Shown piece by piece: positions 1 to 10,100 of a stretch of 64,000 nt of DNA. The stretch comes from Candidatus Binatia bacterium. GTDB taxonomy: Bacteria; Desulfobacterota; Binatia; Bin18. The translations under genes and the position numbers were made by a program. The stretch covers positions 3,680,001 through 3,744,000 of the forward strand of contig OY761159.2 of the NCBI GenBank assembly GCA_963664395.2, read 5' to 3'. Each line of letters starts with the position of its first letter. The first letter of the stretch is position 1. The notes beneath the pieces are model-generated. The model saw only the letters and a program-made list of their open reading frames with translations. It was not told where the DNA came from and searched no databases.

Positions 1-953
1 GCCCGGCACAGGATGGGACGACGCGTTGGTGAATAGGGCCGTAACCCGGCCCAAAACCGGCTGAGTGGGGCCTTGCTGATCCCTGGAACAAGCGCCTCTG
101 AACGATCAATAAAGTCTTGAAGCGTCTCTCCGGTCACCTCTTTTGTATGCCCGACATACTCCACAGTCGAGCCAATAATGACTTCGCCGTTTTTGCGCGG
201 GACCAGATAGTGTTCGTTGCACGAGATCACATGGCTGAGCCGGGTAGTGCGAACGGCCAGCATCTGACCTTTGGCCGGCTCGACCGGAATCGCGATACCA
301 AACAGGTCTCCGACCTGACGCGACCAAGAGCCCGTGGCAATCACCACCGTCCCGGCCTCAACCCAGTCATCGCCGAGGCGGATAGATTGGACGTGTCCCT
401 GTGTCAGGCGGACGTCGGTCGCCGTTGTGCCCGCTCTCAGTTGCGCACCGCATTTTTCAGCCGCCAGCGCCCAGGCCTCGGCCAGCTTGCCATTATGCAG
501 ATGATGGTCGCTCGAAAAATGGACTGCCCCGCGTAGGTTTGGGGCCAAGGCCGGTTCGGCTTGCCGGAGTGCTTCCGCTGACAGCCAGGTGACGGGATGA
601 CCTTGTTCTTGTCTCAGCTCATACAGTTTGCGGTATTTTTTTTCGTCCGCATCGTTGCGGATGAGACAGAGGACCCCGACTGTTTGATACTCAATGTCAA
701 TGTCCGTTGCCTGCTGAATATCTTGGATCAGCGCGGGATAGAGCTCTTGGCTGGCCTTTTTGAGCTGGTACATCGGGCCGCGTTTCGAGCGCCCACTGGC
801 AACGGCCAAAATCCCAGCCGCGGCGGCTGACGCTTCCTGGCCCGGCTGTTGTTTATCGACCAGGATGGTCTTGTATTTGTGTTGGGCGAAGATGTGGGCA
901 ATGGAACTGCCGATCACTCCAGCGCCAAGAACGACGACGTCTGCTGTTGTCAT
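1..953 (-). CDS. thiO: Glycine oxidase ThiO / FAD-dependent D-amino acid oxidase (3' end runs off the window)
   Basis: Hand translation from ATG at 953 gives MTTADVVVLGAGVIGSSIA...EASAAAAGIL: a GxGxxG FAD motif plus the ThiO-type ASxAAAG motif. RGQM and YLVPR occur further on. Confidence 0.8.
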   Translation of the reverse strand, partial: MTTADVVVLGAGVIGSSIAHIFAQHKYKTILVDKQQPGQEASAAAAGILAVASGRSKRGPMYQLKKASQELYPALIQDIQQATDIDIEYQTVGVLCLIRNDADEKKYRKLYELRQEQGHPVTWLSAEALRQAEPALAPNLRGAVHFSSDHHLHNGKLAEAWALAAEKCGAQLRAGTTATDVRLTQGHVQSIRLGDDWVEAGTVVIATGSWSRQVGDLFGIAIPVEPAKGQMLAVRTTRLSHVISCNEHYLVPRKNGEVIIGSTVEYVGHTKEVTGETLQDFIDRSEALVPGISKAPLSRFWAGLRPYSPTRRPILCR

Positions 954-1019
954 GGCCCGCTATTGTAATGATCAAAAGCGGAAAAGAAAGAGCAAGCGGA
1001 GGGCGGGCGCATCTTGCTC

Positions 1020-1871
1020 TTAGTCGTGCCGAAAGGCCGGGGCGCGTCCGTTCAGCAGACTGCCCAGCTCCGTGGCCGGAAAACGCAGCCCAAGATAGAA
1101 CGTACCAAAAAGCCCATACACGGCACTGGCCTCGTCAAAGCGCATCTCATAGACGAGTTTTTTGAACACCAGTGGATCATCGGCAAAAAGGTCAACGCCC
1201 CATTCCCAGTCGTCGAAGCCAATCGAGCCCGAAATAATCTGCGTGACTTGGCCGGCATAGCGACGGCCTATCATGCCGTGCGCGCGCATCATCTGCTGCC
1301 GGGCGGTGATGGGAAGCTGATACCAGTTTTTATCTTCGCCGCGCTTTTTGTCCATCGGGTAAAAGCTGAGATAGCGGCGGGCCGGAATGGACGGCCAGAC
1401 CCGCTTGGCCATCGCTTCACGTTTTTGAGCCAGCTCTTTCTCCACGGCTTCGCGCCATGCGGCCGTGTCCGGCTGGAGGCCCTGTTCAGCCAAACTGCGG
1501 TACAGGTGGATCGAGGCTTCATACAGCCCGAGCTCGACCACGGAGACATACGACGTCGTGGGCTCAAGAAAATCGCTCAGCTTGAGCCGGGCGATTTGCA
1601 GCTCTGCATCATTCACGGCATCAAATGTAGGCCGAAAGTGGACAAGCATGAGATCGCCTTTATGACCTACGAGCGAAAAGAGCCCGGTTTGTTCGGAACC
1701 GTCCGGTTCCATTGGCGTGAAGGTTTGCACTGCGTCTTCCAGAATGTCGCTTTGGGCACTGGCGGATACGGCCTTCCAGTCCGCCCAGCGCACGCGAAAC
1801 ATCTGGTGGAGTATGGCCGAGCCCTCAAGGGCGAGCGGTACAGGCGGGATGGCTGTGGGATGCTCTTCCAT
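1020..1871 (-). CDS. chdC: Coproheme decarboxylase ChdC/HemQ (chlorite dismutase superfamily)
   Basis: Motifs FYPMDKKR..NWY, MMRAHGMIGRRYAGQVTQIISGSIGFDDWEWGVDLF and YEMRFDEASAVYG. Confidence 0.85.
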   Translation of the reverse strand: MEEHPTAIPPVPLALEGSAILHQMFRVRWADWKAVSASAQSDILEDAVQTFTPMEPDGSEQTGLFSLVGHKGDLMLVHFRPTFDAVNDAELQIARLKLSDFLEPTTSYVSVVELGLYEASIHLYRSLAEQGLQPDTAAWREAVEKELAQKREAMAKRVWPSIPARRYLSFYPMDKKRGEDKNWYQLPITARQQMMRAHGMIGRRYAGQVTQIISGSIGFDDWEWGVDLFADDPLVFKKLVYEMRFDEASAVYGLFGTFYLGLRFPATELGSLLNGRAPAFRHD

Positions 1872-1894
1872 TTTTCTATAACTCCCTGAGAAAA

Positions 1895-2785
1895 TTACCG
1901 CCGGATAAACGGTGCTGCGGCCTGGGTTGTTGTGTTGGCGATAAAAGGGCCGCGCCGAATCGAGTGACCCAGAGGTCTGCGGCTGATGGACGGCCCGGAC
2001 GGACGAATCGAGTGGCCGGGAGTCCGGCGGCTGATAGACGGTTTGGACGGACGAATCGAGGGATTGCGGCGTTGAATCGTGTGCGGCGGGCGGTAAACCT
2101 CTCGCTCTCTGCGCCCCTGACGGGGGAAGCGACGGAGCCGCTGGTACGGACGATAAGGCCGCAGGGCGTGCACAACCACCGGAGTTTCAACGTAATAGGG
2201 TTCGTGGATGATTTCGATAATGTGGGGTGGTTGTTCGACAATGATAACGGCCGGCTCTTCTTGGACTACGGGTTCCGGTGGGGGCGGAATAAAGTCAAGC
2301 GCCGCCTGGCGGATAATCGCTTCGGCCCCATCGGCAGACAGCGCAAGACGCTGGGTTGTCGCGGCCCGCCGGACCGCCGCCGCCAGTTGGTCTACGCTGT
2401 CCGGGTCAAGGGCGCGGCGTACTTTCCAGCCTCCTGCGGGTTGGATGCCGACTCCGCTCAGAGGACCCAAGGCGTCCAGGCTCCCGTCTGTGATCAGGCC
2501 AAAATCCAGGCCGATTTTTTGGGCAAAGGCTCCCTGGCTGCGCGCGGAATACGTGCCGCTCGGGGCAATGAATGCTGGTGATGATTCAGCGTGTGAAGAG
2601 AAAGAGCGATAGATTTTTACCCGGCCCTGGTAGATTTCAGGAATATCGACACTTTCATCCACAATGTGAATAACACCTCGGGCGTCGGTCCAACGATAGA
2701 GGTCGGCCCGTGCCGGGCACCCAAGACTTATAAGATATACGAAACCGGCGAAACAGGTCGGCCAAAGAAATGTCCGCGACCACAT
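1895..2785 (-). CDS. Exported DUF4124-domain protein with Arg/Pro/Ser-rich repetitive C-terminus
   Basis: Signal peptide followed by [14 protein letters not shown] (DUF4124-type); low-complexity tail. Confidence 0.65.
   Translation of the reverse strand: MWSRTFLWPTCFAGFVYLISLGCPARADLYRWTDARGVIHIVDESVDIPEIYQGRVKIYRSFSSHAESSPAFIAPSGTYSARSQGAFAQKIGLDFGLITDGSLDALGPLSGVGIQPAGGWKVRRALDPDSVDQLAAAVRRAATTQRLALSADGAEAIIRQAALDFIPPPPEPVVQEEPAVIIVEQPPHIIEIIHEPYYVETPVVVHALRPYRPYQRLRRFPRQGRREREVYRPPHTIQRRNPSIRPSKPSISRRTPGHSIRPSGPSISRRPLGHSIRRGPFIANTTTQAAAPFIRR
1956..2060. repeat. 48-bp coding tandem repeat, about 2.2 copies (SIRPSxPSISRRxxGH)
   Basis: CGAATCGAG recurs at 1956, 2004 and 2052. Confidence 0.85.
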
Positions 2786-2906
2786 GGCCTGCCATTATAG
2801 TCCAGCGAAACGAGAAACCAAGACGCTATTGACCAAGGACGGACGGCGTTGCAGATTGAGGTGGCCGGAGCGGGATTGCGTCGCGCAGGCCGCGTGTGGA
2901 CCGCAT

Positions 2907-3788
2907 ATGGACGAACTCATTCAAAAAGCTGATATTCTGCTGGAAGCCTTGCCGTTTATTCGTCGTTTTTCCGGGAAGACCATCGTCATCAAATATGGCG
3001 GGCACGCCATGCAGGACGAGGACCTCAAGCAACACTTTGCCGAGGATATAGTCCTCCTCAAATACGTGGGTATGAAGCCCGTCGTCGTGCATGGCGGTGG
3101 CCCACAGATTGGGCAGCTGCTCAAGCGGTTGGATATTCCCTCTCACTTCGTACGCGGCATGCGCGTCACCGATGCCCCGACCATGGAAGTGGTTGAGATG
3201 GTGCTCAACCGGGTCAATAAAGAGATTGTGGCCCGCATTAATCAGCAAGGGAATCCCGCGGTCGGGATTACGGGCAAAGATGGCGAGCTCGTCGTCGCGC
3301 GTAAAATGCTGGTAGCCGCGGAAGAAAATGGGCGGACTGTTCGGCATGATATTGGTTATGTCGGAGAGATTATAGGGGTGAACCCGCGTGTGATTCATGC
3401 CTTGACCGCACAGGACTTTATTCCGGTGATCGCCCCGATCGGCATTGGCTTGGCCGGTGAGACGTATAATATCAACGCTGATCTGGTTGCCGGAAAAATA
3501 GCCGAAGCCCTCCAGGCCGAAAAGCTTATTTTACTGACCGATGTCGCCGGGATTAAGGATAAGGACGACAACCTCCTGCCGACGCTTACCGCGGTTGAGG
3601 CTGGGGTGCTCATCGAAGATGGCATCATTAATTCCGGGATGATCCCCAAGGTCGAGTGCTGTATTGCCGCCCTGCACGGTGGCGCGCAAAAGGCGCATAT
3701 TCTTGATGGCCGTATTCGCCACGCCATCCTCTTAGAGATTCTGACCAAAGAAGGCATCGGGACTGAGGTGGTCCGGCGCGCGGCCTAG
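2907..3788 (+). CDS. argB: Acetylglutamate kinase
   Basis: [26 protein letters not shown] and GMIPKV motifs; start placed at MDELIQKA. Confidence 0.97.
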   Translation: MDELIQKADILLEALPFIRRFSGKTIVIKYGGHAMQDEDLKQHFAEDIVLLKYVGMKPVVVHGGGPQIGQLLKRLDIPSHFVRGMRVTDAPTMEVVEMVLNRVNKEIVARINQQGNPAVGITGKDGELVVARKMLVAAEENGRTVRHDIGYVGEIIGVNPRVIHALTAQDFIPVIAPIGIGLAGETYNINADLVAGKIAEALQAEKLILLTDVAGIKDKDDNLLPTLTAVEAGVLIEDGIINSGMIPKVECCIAALHGGAQKAHILDGRIRHAILLEILTKEGIGTEVVRRAA

Positions 3789-3884
3789 CTGTGTATGACA
3801 CAGACACCAGTCTGTGCCTCTCTTTTGGACCCGTTGCTCAAGTCAAGCTCTTGGCAAAAATAGGGCGCGGGTGTATACGGGTGG

Positions 3885-3932
3885 ACTTCCGAGCTTGCGA
3901 ACTTGTGAACTTCCGAACTTCCGAACTTGCGC
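3885..3932. repeat. 8-bp tandem repeat (ACTTSYGA consensus, 6 degenerate units) between argB and argD
   Basis: acttccga gcttgcga acttgtga acttccga acttccga acttgcgc. Confidence 0.85.
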
Positions 3933-3993
3933 CAAGCGCGCGGCGACTGTGCAAGCGTGGTTTTTCTGACAAAGGAGCCAGGGGGAAAAGACT

Positions 3994-5196
3994 ATGTCCA
4001 ACACATCTATGACCAGCCAGGAAATCATCGACCTGAATAATCAATATCTGTGCTCTACCTATGCACGCTTTCCGGTTGCCTTTGTCCGGGGTGAAGGCTG
4101 CCGGCTGTGGGATGCGGAAGGGAAGTCCTATTTGGATTTCTTTGCCAGCCTGGCGGTGATGAACTTGGGGCAGTGTCATCCTGCGGTAGTCAAAGCCGTG
4201 CAAGAGCAGGTTGCCACGCTCACCCATATTTCCAATCTGCACTATATTATTCCTCAGGCGCGTTTGGCGGAACTGCTGTGTACCCATTCGTTTGCGGATA
4301 AGGTGTTCTTTTGCAACAGCGGGGCTGAAGCGAATGAAGCCTCGATTAAACTGGCTCGCAAACATGGGGTGGATAAGCGTGGGGGGCGCTACGAGATTCT
4401 CTCCACGCTCGGTTCGTTTCACGGGCGGACTATGGCGACGATTGCCGCCACAGGTCAAGAAAAAGTGCGCCAGGGGTTTGGGCCGGTGCTGGACGGTTTT
4501 CGCTATGTTCCGTTTGGCGACCTCGCGGCAATGGAAGCCGCCATATCAGATAAAACCGTAGCGATTCTGGTCGAACCGATTCAAGGCGAAGGTGGTGTGG
4601 TCGTGCCTCCGGACGGTTACCTCAAAGGACTGCGTGCATTGTGTGACCGCAATAGGCTGCTGCTCATTTTGGACGAAGTGCAAGTCGGCATGGGCCGAAC
4701 CGGGAAACTCTTCGCCTATGAACACGAGGGGGTGACGCCGGATATTATGCCGCTCGCCAAAGCGCTGGGCGGGGGGGTGCCTATTGGTGCCATGCTGGCG
4801 AAAGCCGAAGTGGCGGAAAGCCTCAGCCTTGGCTCACACGGCTCAACGTTTGGTGGCAATGCGATTGCCTGCGCGTCCGGTATTGCGGTGGTTGAAACCC
4901 TGCTCTACGACGGCGTGCTCGACAATTGTGCTGAGATGGGGGCCTATTTCCTGAGTAAACTCCACGCGCTGAAAGAAAAGTTTTCCTTTATTACTGAGGT
5001 GCGCGGAAGAGGGCTGATTCTGGGGGCTGAACTGGACCGTGAAGGCGGAAAAATTTCGGATGCCTGTCTGACCGAAGGGGTGATGATCAATTGTGCGGCG
5101 GGGAAAGTCCTGCGTTTTCTCCCGCCGCTGATTATCACCAAAGATGAGATCGACGAGGGCCTGGATATCCTGGAAAAAGTATTGGCCCAACAATGA
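3994..5196 (+). CDS. argD: Acetylornithine aminotransferase
   Basis: NSGAEANE, SFHGRT, EPIQGEGG, DEVQ.GMGRTG, AKALGGG and HGSTFGGN; arg operon context. Confidence 0.95.
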   Translation: MSNTSMTSQEIIDLNNQYLCSTYARFPVAFVRGEGCRLWDAEGKSYLDFFASLAVMNLGQCHPAVVKAVQEQVATLTHISNLHYIIPQARLAELLCTHSFADKVFFCNSGAEANEASIKLARKHGVDKRGGRYEILSTLGSFHGRTMATIAATGQEKVRQGFGPVLDGFRYVPFGDLAAMEAAISDKTVAILVEPIQGEGGVVVPPDGYLKGLRALCDRNRLLLILDEVQVGMGRTGKLFAYEHEGVTPDIMPLAKALGGGVPIGAMLAKAEVAESLSLGSHGSTFGGNAIACASGIAVVETLLYDGVLDNCAEMGAYFLSKLHALKEKFSFITEVRGRGLILGAELDREGGKISDACLTEGVMINCAAGKVLRFLPPLIITKDEIDEGLDILEKVLAQQ

Positions 5197-6110
5197 AACG
5201 CGATCTGATTAGTATTGGCGATTTGATCCGGGACGAGCTCGAAGAGATTTTTTCTCTGGCTCAGCGGCTCAAAGCCGACCGCCACAAAGGCTGGTCGCAT
5301 CCGATCTTGGCCGGCAAAACGCTGGCGATGATTTTTGAGAAACCCAGCTTGCGCACCCGGGTGACGTTCGAGGCCGGGATGGTCCAACTGGGCGGGTATG
5401 CGATTTATCTCTCACCTCAGGATATCGGTCTTGGGACGCGGGAAACGGTCCCCGATGTCGCGCGTAATCTCTCTCGTTGGGTTGACATCATCATGGCCCG
5501 GACCTTCTCACACCAGGTGATAACTGAACTCGCCCAGGCCGCAACGATTCCGGTCATTAACGGTTTGTCCGATTTGCTCCACCCGTGCCAAGTCCTGGCC
5601 GATTGTTTGACGTTGATTGAGCATCGGGGCGCTCTTGAGGGCCTGAAAGTTGCCTTTGTCGGTGACGGCAATAACATGGTTCATTCCTGGTTGAATGCCG
5701 CCGTGAAACTGCCGTTTCGTTTTGTGTTGGCCTGCCCGCCCGGCTATGAACCGGACCGCACTGTCCTGGAGCAGGTGGGTCAGAGTGGCGCTCAGGTTTC
5801 TGTCACGCAGAGCGTGGCTGAGGCGGTGCGGGAGGCGGACGCTGTCTATACCGATGTATGGACGAGCATGGGCCAAGAGGAGGAACGGGCGGTTCGCCGC
5901 GAGGCGTTCAATGCCTATCAGGTCAATGCCGAGGTGATGCGGCTGGCAAAATCGGACGCGCTGGTCATGCACTGTTTACCCGCTCATCGTGGAGAGGAGA
6001 TCTCGGCGGACGTTTTGGACGGACCCCGGTCCGTCGTTTTTGATCAATCCGAGAACCGACTCCATATCCAAAAGGCCATCATGGTATGGCTGCTCCAATC
6101 GGGCAAGTAG
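5193..6110 (+). CDS. argF: Ornithine carbamoyltransferase
   Basis: FEKPSLRTR, HPCQ, DVWTSMG and HCLPAHRGEE. Confidence 0.96.
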   Translation: MKRDLISIGDLIRDELEEIFSLAQRLKADRHKGWSHPILAGKTLAMIFEKPSLRTRVTFEAGMVQLGGYAIYLSPQDIGLGTRETVPDVARNLSRWVDIIMARTFSHQVITELAQAATIPVINGLSDLLHPCQVLADCLTLIEHRGALEGLKVAFVGDGNNMVHSWLNAAVKLPFRFVLACPPGYEPDRTVLEQVGQSGAQVSVTQSVAEAVREADAVYTDVWTSMGQEEERAVRREAFNAYQVNAEVMRLAKSDALVMHCLPAHRGEEISADVLDGPRSVVFDQSENRLHIQKAIMVWLLQSGK

Positions 6111-6162
6111 GACGTATGCCGGGAGTCCGTGCTGAGCCGTCTGGAGTGAAAGGAACTCTCTT

Positions 6163-7362
6163 GTGGCGGATGTGAAAAAAGTTGTTCTCGCCTATAGCGG
6201 CGGACTCGATACCTCAGTCATTTTGCGTTGGCTGATTGATACCTATGGCTGCGAGGTAGTTGCCTTTTGTGCAGACCTTGGCCAAGGTGAAGAGCTCGAG
6301 CCCGTCGAAGGGAAGGCCAAGGCAGTTGGGGCCAGCACGATTTATATCGAAGACCTGCGCGAGGAGTTCGTGCGCGAGTATGTCTTTCCCATGCTGCGCG
6401 CCAATACTTCTTACGAAGACGGCTACCTGCTGGGGACGTCCATCGCCCGACCGCTGATTGCGAAACGTCAAATTGAAATCGCCCGCCGAGAAGGCGCAGA
6501 TGCGGTTTCGCATGGCGCGACTGGAAAGGGCAATGATCAAGTCCGTTTTGAGCTGACCTATTATGCCCTGGAGCCCCGTATCACAGTCATCGCACCGTGG
6601 CGGGAGTGGGATATGCAGGGCCGCGCTGATCTCATTGCGTATGCCGAAGCGCGCAAGATCCCTATTCCGGTCAGCCGAGAGAAGCCGTACAGCACGGACC
6701 GCAACTTGCTGCATCTGAGTTTTGAAGGCGGCGTCCTGGAAGATCCGTGGCAGGAACCGTATGAAGACATGTTCGTGCTGTCGGTGTCACCCGAGAACGC
6801 TCCCGACCTGCCGGAATACGTGGAAATCGATTTTTTTGCCGGCAATCCAACCGCGATTAATGGCGCAGCACTTTCGCCCGCCGGCCTGCTGGCCAAAGCC
6901 AACGAGCTTGGTGGGAAACACGGTATAGGTCGGTGCGACCTGGTTGAGAATCGCTACGTGGGCATGAAGGCGCGTGGGGTGTATGAAACGCCGGGCGGAA
7001 CGATTTTGCACGTGGCGCACCGAGCGCTGGAGACGCTGACCCTGGACCGCGAAGTCATGCATCTGCGTGACTCGCTGATCCCGCGTTACGCTGAGATGAT
7101 CTATTATGGCTATTGGTTTGCGCCCGAACGCGAGATGTTGCAAGCTGCCCTTGACGAGTCGCAGAAAAATGTCGCCGGAACAGTCCGGCTCAAGCTGTAT
7201 AAAGGCAATGTGATTGTTGTTGGTCGCAAATCCGATCGAACCTTATACAATCCCGAGGTCGCTTCCTTTGATGAAAGCGGCGATTATCAACAGGCCGATG
7301 CGGAAGGATTTATTCGCCTCAATTCGTTGCGTTTACGTATTCGTGCGCTGGCACAAAAGTAG
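6163..7362 (+). CDS. argG: Argininosuccinate synthase
   Basis: [24 protein letters not shown] and RGVYETPG. Confidence 0.98.
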   Translation: MADVKKVVLAYSGGLDTSVILRWLIDTYGCEVVAFCADLGQGEELEPVEGKAKAVGASTIYIEDLREEFVREYVFPMLRANTSYEDGYLLGTSIARPLIAKRQIEIARREGADAVSHGATGKGNDQVRFELTYYALEPRITVIAPWREWDMQGRADLIAYAEARKIPIPVSREKPYSTDRNLLHLSFEGGVLEDPWQEPYEDMFVLSVSPENAPDLPEYVEIDFFAGNPTAINGAALSPAGLLAKANELGGKHGIGRCDLVENRYVGMKARGVYETPGGTILHVAHRALETLTLDREVMHLRDSLIPRYAEMIYYGYWFAPEREMLQAALDESQKNVAGTVRLKLYKGNVIVVGRKSDRTLYNPEVASFDESGDYQQADAEGFIRLNSLRLRIRALAQK

Positions 7363-7373
7363 GGGCGCAGCCT

Positions 7374-8750
7374 TTGAAATCAAAAAGTACAAAAGCCTGG
7401 GCCGGACGATTTGCTGCTGCGGCCGACCCGCGCATGGAAGCCTTCACGTCCTCGCTGGCCTTTGATCGACGCTTGGCTCAGTACGATATCCAAGGCAGTG
7501 TGGCCCACTGCCGGATGTTGGCCAAACAGAAGATACTGAGTCGAGCCGAGGGAGAGAAAATCCTGAAGGGGCTCAAAAACATCGCGCGTGAGCTTGCACA
7601 GGACCGCTTTCCTTTTCTGCCGACGGACGAAGATATTCATATGGCCATCGAGCGGCGGCTCACGGAAAAAATCGGCGCGTTGGGTGGTAAACTGCATACG
7701 GCCCGGAGCCGCAATGACCAGGTTCTGTTGGATGTGCGCCTCTTTGTGCGAGACGAGATTGGGACGATCCACACACTGCTCACCCGCTTGCAGAAACGGC
7801 TTGCCAGAGTGGCCAAGCGCCACCGGGCCATTGTCCTGCCTGGCTATACCCATCTCCAGCGTGCCCAGCCGGTGCTGCTCGCCCACCATCTGCTCGCCTA
7901 CTACGAGATGTTCAGCCGCGATGCCGAGCGCTTACAGCAGTGCGGCGAGCGCGTGAATGTGCTGCCACTTGGGGCGGGAGCGCTGGCTGGCACCACGCTG
8001 CCGATTGATCGCGCCTATGTTGCGCGTTTGCTTGGTTTTGCCCGGGTGAGTGAAAACAGCCTGGATACGGTGGCCGACCGGGACTTTGTGGTTGAGTTTC
8101 TGTCCAGTGGGGCGATACTGGGGATGCATCTCAGCCGTTTGTCTGAAGAACTCGTCCTGTGGTCAAGTAGTGAATTTGGCTTTATTGATTTGCCGGATGC
8201 CTTTTCGACCGGCAGCTCCATGATGCCTCAAAAGAAGAATCCTGATGTGCCGGAAATCATTCGAGGCAAGACCGGGCGACTCTATGGCAACCTGTTCGCC
8301 CTGCTCACCGTGCTCAAGGGGTTGCCGCTGAGCTATAATCGTGACCTGCAAGAAGACAAAGAGCCGCTGTTTGATACGGTAGACACGCTCAAAGGCATTC
8401 TCACGGTCCTTGAGCCCATGCTTGGGCAGTTGCGCTTCCGCACCGAGCGACTGACGGAGGCTGCTCTGGGCGGGTTCATGCTCGCCACCGACGTGGCGGA
8501 CTATTTAGTTGAGAAGAATATGCCGTTTCGTCGGGCGCATGGCGTCGTCGGCGCAGTGGTGCAGTGGTGCGTGGCCGAGGGAAAAGAACTGCATCAGCTT
8601 ACTCTTCAGGAATGGCAACAGTTTTCTCCCTTGTTCGAGGCCGACCTGCTGCCGCGCCTAACCCTGGAATCCGCGGTTGGCCGGCGTCAGTCCTATGGCG
8701 GGACGGCACCCAAGAATGTTGAGCGTCAGCTTCGCTCAGCAGGAGTATGA
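7374..8750 (+). CDS. argH: Argininosuccinate lyase
   Basis: HTARSRNDQV, GYTHLQRAQP and GSSMMPQKKNPD. Confidence 0.98.
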   Translation: MKSKSTKAWAGRFAAAADPRMEAFTSSLAFDRRLAQYDIQGSVAHCRMLAKQKILSRAEGEKILKGLKNIARELAQDRFPFLPTDEDIHMAIERRLTEKIGALGGKLHTARSRNDQVLLDVRLFVRDEIGTIHTLLTRLQKRLARVAKRHRAIVLPGYTHLQRAQPVLLAHHLLAYYEMFSRDAERLQQCGERVNVLPLGAGALAGTTLPIDRAYVARLLGFARVSENSLDTVADRDFVVEFLSSGAILGMHLSRLSEELVLWSSSEFGFIDLPDAFSTGSSMMPQKKNPDVPEIIRGKTGRLYGNLFALLTVLKGLPLSYNRDLQEDKEPLFDTVDTLKGILTVLEPMLGQLRFRTERLTEAALGGFMLATDVADYLVEKNMPFRRAHGVVGAVVQWCVAEGKELHQLTLQEWQQFSPLFEADLLPRLTLESAVGRRQSYGGTAPKNVERQLRSAGV

Positions 8751-9196
8751 ACGTGCTGAGCGAGCGCTCTCTCTCCTGCCTGCTTGGAGCGGGTGTAGTC
8801 CTCCTGCTTCTATCCGCCTGCGGGCATAAAACAGATATTCGTCCCCCTGCACTTGTTGCCCCCGAGGCTATTGGTGATTTGGCCCTGACCCTGGAAGACC
8901 AGGGTGTCACGCTGAAATGGAGTCGTCCCCAACGGTACGCCGGTGGTGGCGAGATGGACGACTTGGGCGGATTTGTGGTACTACGGGCACAGCGAAATGG
9001 GGCACAGGTGCAACCTTTTACTCGGCGTGCGCTGATTCCGGTAGAAGACCGTGATCGCTTTCGACAAGAGAAAAAATTCAGCTATACGGACGAGCTGCTT
9101 ACGGCTGGAACCCTGTATCGCTATCGCGTCCTGGCCGTCACCTTGGACGGCTATTTAGGGAGTGTTTCAAATACGGTTGAGCTGGTGTGGCAATAG
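8747..9196 (+). CDS. Lipoprotein with LptM/LppL-like N-terminus and an FN3-like domain
   Basis: Lipobox LSAC then GHKTDIRPP (CGxK..xP-like); LKWSRP...YTD...YRYRVLAV FN3 pattern; sits between argH and dapF. Confidence 0.65.
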   Translation: MNVLSERSLSCLLGAGVVLLLLSACGHKTDIRPPALVAPEAIGDLALTLEDQGVTLKWSRPQRYAGGGEMDDLGGFVVLRAQRNGAQVQPFTRRALIPVEDRDRFRQEKKFSYTDELLTAGTLYRYRVLAVTLDGYLGSVSNTVELVWQ

Positions 9197-9217
9197 AAGA
9201 CCGGTCAGGCGTTACGT

Positions 9218-10057
9218 ATGAAACTTCCGTTCACCAAGATGCACGGCATCAGCAACGACTATATTTATGTCAATGCGTTCGACACGCCGCTTCCCGACCC
9301 GGCTGCGGTCGCCCGGCAAGTGAGTCAGCGCCGCACGGGCATCGGTGGGGATGGGCTTATTCTGATTTGCCCGTCTGATACGGCCCATGCCCGCATGGAG
9401 ATGTATAATGCGGATGGCAGTCGGGGAGAGATGTGCGGCAATGGGATTCGCTGCGTCGGGAAATATATGTACGACCATGGGATTGCCACCGACAATCCGC
9501 TCAGAGTGGATACGGACGCTGGGCTGAAAGTGCTCTTTCTTGAAATTGAAGACGGCAGAGTGTCCCGCGTGACGGTTGATATGGGTGAGCCGATTCTTGA
9601 TGGGCGGCACATCCCCGTTGCCGCAAAAGGACGGGTTGTGAATCAGCCGCTTCAGGTTGACGGGCACTCGTATGCTGTCACGTGCGTCTCAATGGGTAAT
9701 CCGCACTGCGTCACCTTTGTCGATGATGTTGAGGCCATAGAGCTGGAAAAAATCGGCCCGCAGTTTGAGCGGCACGCCTTCTTCCCGAATCGGGTCAATA
9801 CCGAATTTATTCAGGTGGCCAGTCCGTTCGAACTGAATATGCGGGTGTGGGAGCGCGGCTCCGGAGAAACCTGGGCGTGTGGCACTGGGGCCTGTGGTGC
9901 GGCTGTGGCGGCGGTCCTCAACGAGAAATCCGAGCGCCGGGTCACCGTCCACCTGCGCGGTGGTGATCTGGAAATAGAATGGCGCGCCGCAGATAACCAT
10001 GTCTATATGACCGGAGCCGCAGCAGAAGTCTTTGAAGGAACCGTTGAAGTCGAGTAG
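9218..10057 (+). CDS. dapF: Diaminopimelate epimerase
   Basis: FTKMHG..NDY, EMCGNGIRC, MGNPH and ERGSGETWACGTG. Confidence 0.97.
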   Translation: MKLPFTKMHGISNDYIYVNAFDTPLPDPAAVARQVSQRRTGIGGDGLILICPSDTAHARMEMYNADGSRGEMCGNGIRCVGKYMYDHGIATDNPLRVDTDAGLKVLFLEIEDGRVSRVTVDMGEPILDGRHIPVAAKGRVVNQPLQVDGHSYAVTCVSMGNPHCVTFVDDVEAIELEKIGPQFERHAFFPNRVNTEFIQVASPFELNMRVWERGSGETWACGTGACGAAVAAVLNEKSERRVTVHLRGGDLEIEWRAADNHVYMTGAAAEVFEGTVEVE

Positions 10058-10100
10058 TCTGTTTGTCCCTCTTTATCGAGACAGAGCACAGGAGGACATC

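Noticed and set aside
1014-1889. Long antisense ORFs (for example 1014-1889, 19925-20959, 42794-43705)
   Set aside because: They lie opposite well-supported genes and have no recognisable motifs, which is typical of GC-rich DNA.
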